Source of the DNA: a virus
Strand: one strand, 5' to 3'
Virus record (IMG/VR): IMGVR_UViG_3300044970_001297
Coordinates: 28,789 to 92,788 of that record
Length of the DNA: 64,000 nt
The number at the start of each line of letters is the position of its first letter. Within the stretch, counting starts at the first letter, position 1. The translations under genes and the position numbers were made by a program. Shown here piece by piece: positions 63,182-64,000 of the stretch. The notes below the pieces were generated by a model. It had not been told where the DNA came from, ran no database searches, and saw nothing but the letters and a program-made list of their open reading frames with translations.

Positions 63182-64000
63182 ATGACGCAGATACTTCAAG
63201 GAAACGAACACGGATCGCAAACCCAGATAAACACCACTGGTGGTGGTGTTGGTGGGGCTGGTGGCAATGGCTCTTCCGATCCATCGGTTCCACAAGGAAG
63301 CGCACCATCAAATTACGACTACGACATCGTATCGGATGGATCTTCAACTGGAGCATCCTACTTCGTTTCAAATAGTTCATCCCTGACATCGAATCAATGT
63401 GTTGCAATAATGTCTAGGGTTTCCGCGTTCTCAACGAACAGGACATCCACGGCAACTTTGAACTCATGCGTTGCATCTGCTGGCAACTTCGGATTCGCAA
63501 CCATGCAGAACTCGTCCTTGAGAAGCAACTACTGCATCTCTTCGCTGCATAAGTTCAACTACTACGCAGCAATGGCGTCTTCCATAGATGCCAACTATTG
63601 CTGTGCGGTCTTTCCATTCGACTACAATGTTTATTGCAATGCAAACTCATCATTCAATCCAGTCGAGTTTGAAAGTGCCACCGTTTTCTGGTCCGACGAT
63701 TGGTCTTCATTTCCCATACATTTCGGGGCATTTGGAAACTGCATTGTGTACAACAACTCGGATGCAGTCTCGACAAGAACCACCCCAACGGGCTTCTCTG
63801 GTGGCATAGTCACAAGTTCGAACATACGATTCCTTTGGTCTGACATCAAGGTTGGTGGATTTGGCACCTCAAACACGGCAAATTCCATTGGTTCAACCAC
63901 AAAGGTGAGTTACAGGTATGTGCCGCTTCCACACTCTGTTGACTATACCAATTATGCAGAGCAAAATCCTTCTGGAAATTTTAATTCTCCCCTGTCTAAT
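63182..64000 (+). CDS. Beta-helix structural protein, partial (runs off right edge)
   Basis: Hand-translated MTQILQGNEHGSQTQINTTGGGVGG...SCVASAGNFGFATMQNSSL...; no stop seen in frame. Confidence 0.7.
   Translation, partial: MTQILQGNEHGSQTQINTTGGGVGGAGGNGSSDPSVPQGSAPSNYDYDIVSDGSSTGASYFVSNSSSLTSNQCVAIMSRVSAFSTNRTSTATLNSCVASAGNFGFATMQNSSLRSNYCISSLHKFNYYAAMASSIDANYCCAVFPFDYNVYCNANSSFNPVEFESATVFWSDDWSSFPIHFGAFGNCIVYNNSDAVSTRTTPTGFSGGIVTSSNIRFLWSDIKVGGFGTSNTANSIGSTTKVSYRYVPLPHSVDYTNYAEQNPSGNFNSPLSN

Noticed and set aside
1-64000. Stop-codon reassignment or suppressor tRNA
   Set aside because: Conserved genes are intact in code 11 and end in TAA, TAG and TGA; no CTA/TCA anticodon found
1-64000. 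CRISPR array, DGR, integrase, intron or intein
   Set aside because: No regularly spaced repeats, reverse transcriptase, recombinase or splice motifs seen; repeats are coding duplications or start motifs

Overview
This 64-kb window is part of a large T4-like myovirus genome (T4-type baseplate genes gp2/4/5/6/7/8/25/26/48/51/53/54, PAAR, T4-type TAAATA late promoters, CobS/CobT pair, tRNA cluster); no host chromosome is visible. There are three blocks. (1) 1-10.9 kb, minus strand: a late-expressed array of about 14 basic, His/Lys/Arg-rich proteins. Several start with close matches to the T4 internal-protein capsid-targeting sequence (MKTYQEFIAE) or with duplicated leader peptides, and they are punctuated by L/I/V-x-E prohead-protease-type sites. 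Cargo includes an ADP-ribosyltransferase-like domain, three paralogous GNAT-like domains, a nucleotidyltransferase, an HExxH peptidase and polyproteins of repeated basic modules. This apparent tag-plus-cargo, head-packaged and protease-released arsenal is the best candidate for an undescribed system. (2) 11-32 kb, almost all minus strand: early/accessory genes, many GC-rich with different codon usage, with sigma70-like promoters, a shared start-associated motif, an 11-7-11 palindrome upstream of both cobT and cobS, an i-type lysozyme, TraR/DksA, a hyper-acidic protein, 11 tRNAs (including rare Ile-UAU), several tRNA-like RNAs and two 5'-leader pseudoknots. (3) 32-64 kb: divergent tail/baseplate/fibre module. 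All functional calls come from motif recognition by eye; no database searches were run.
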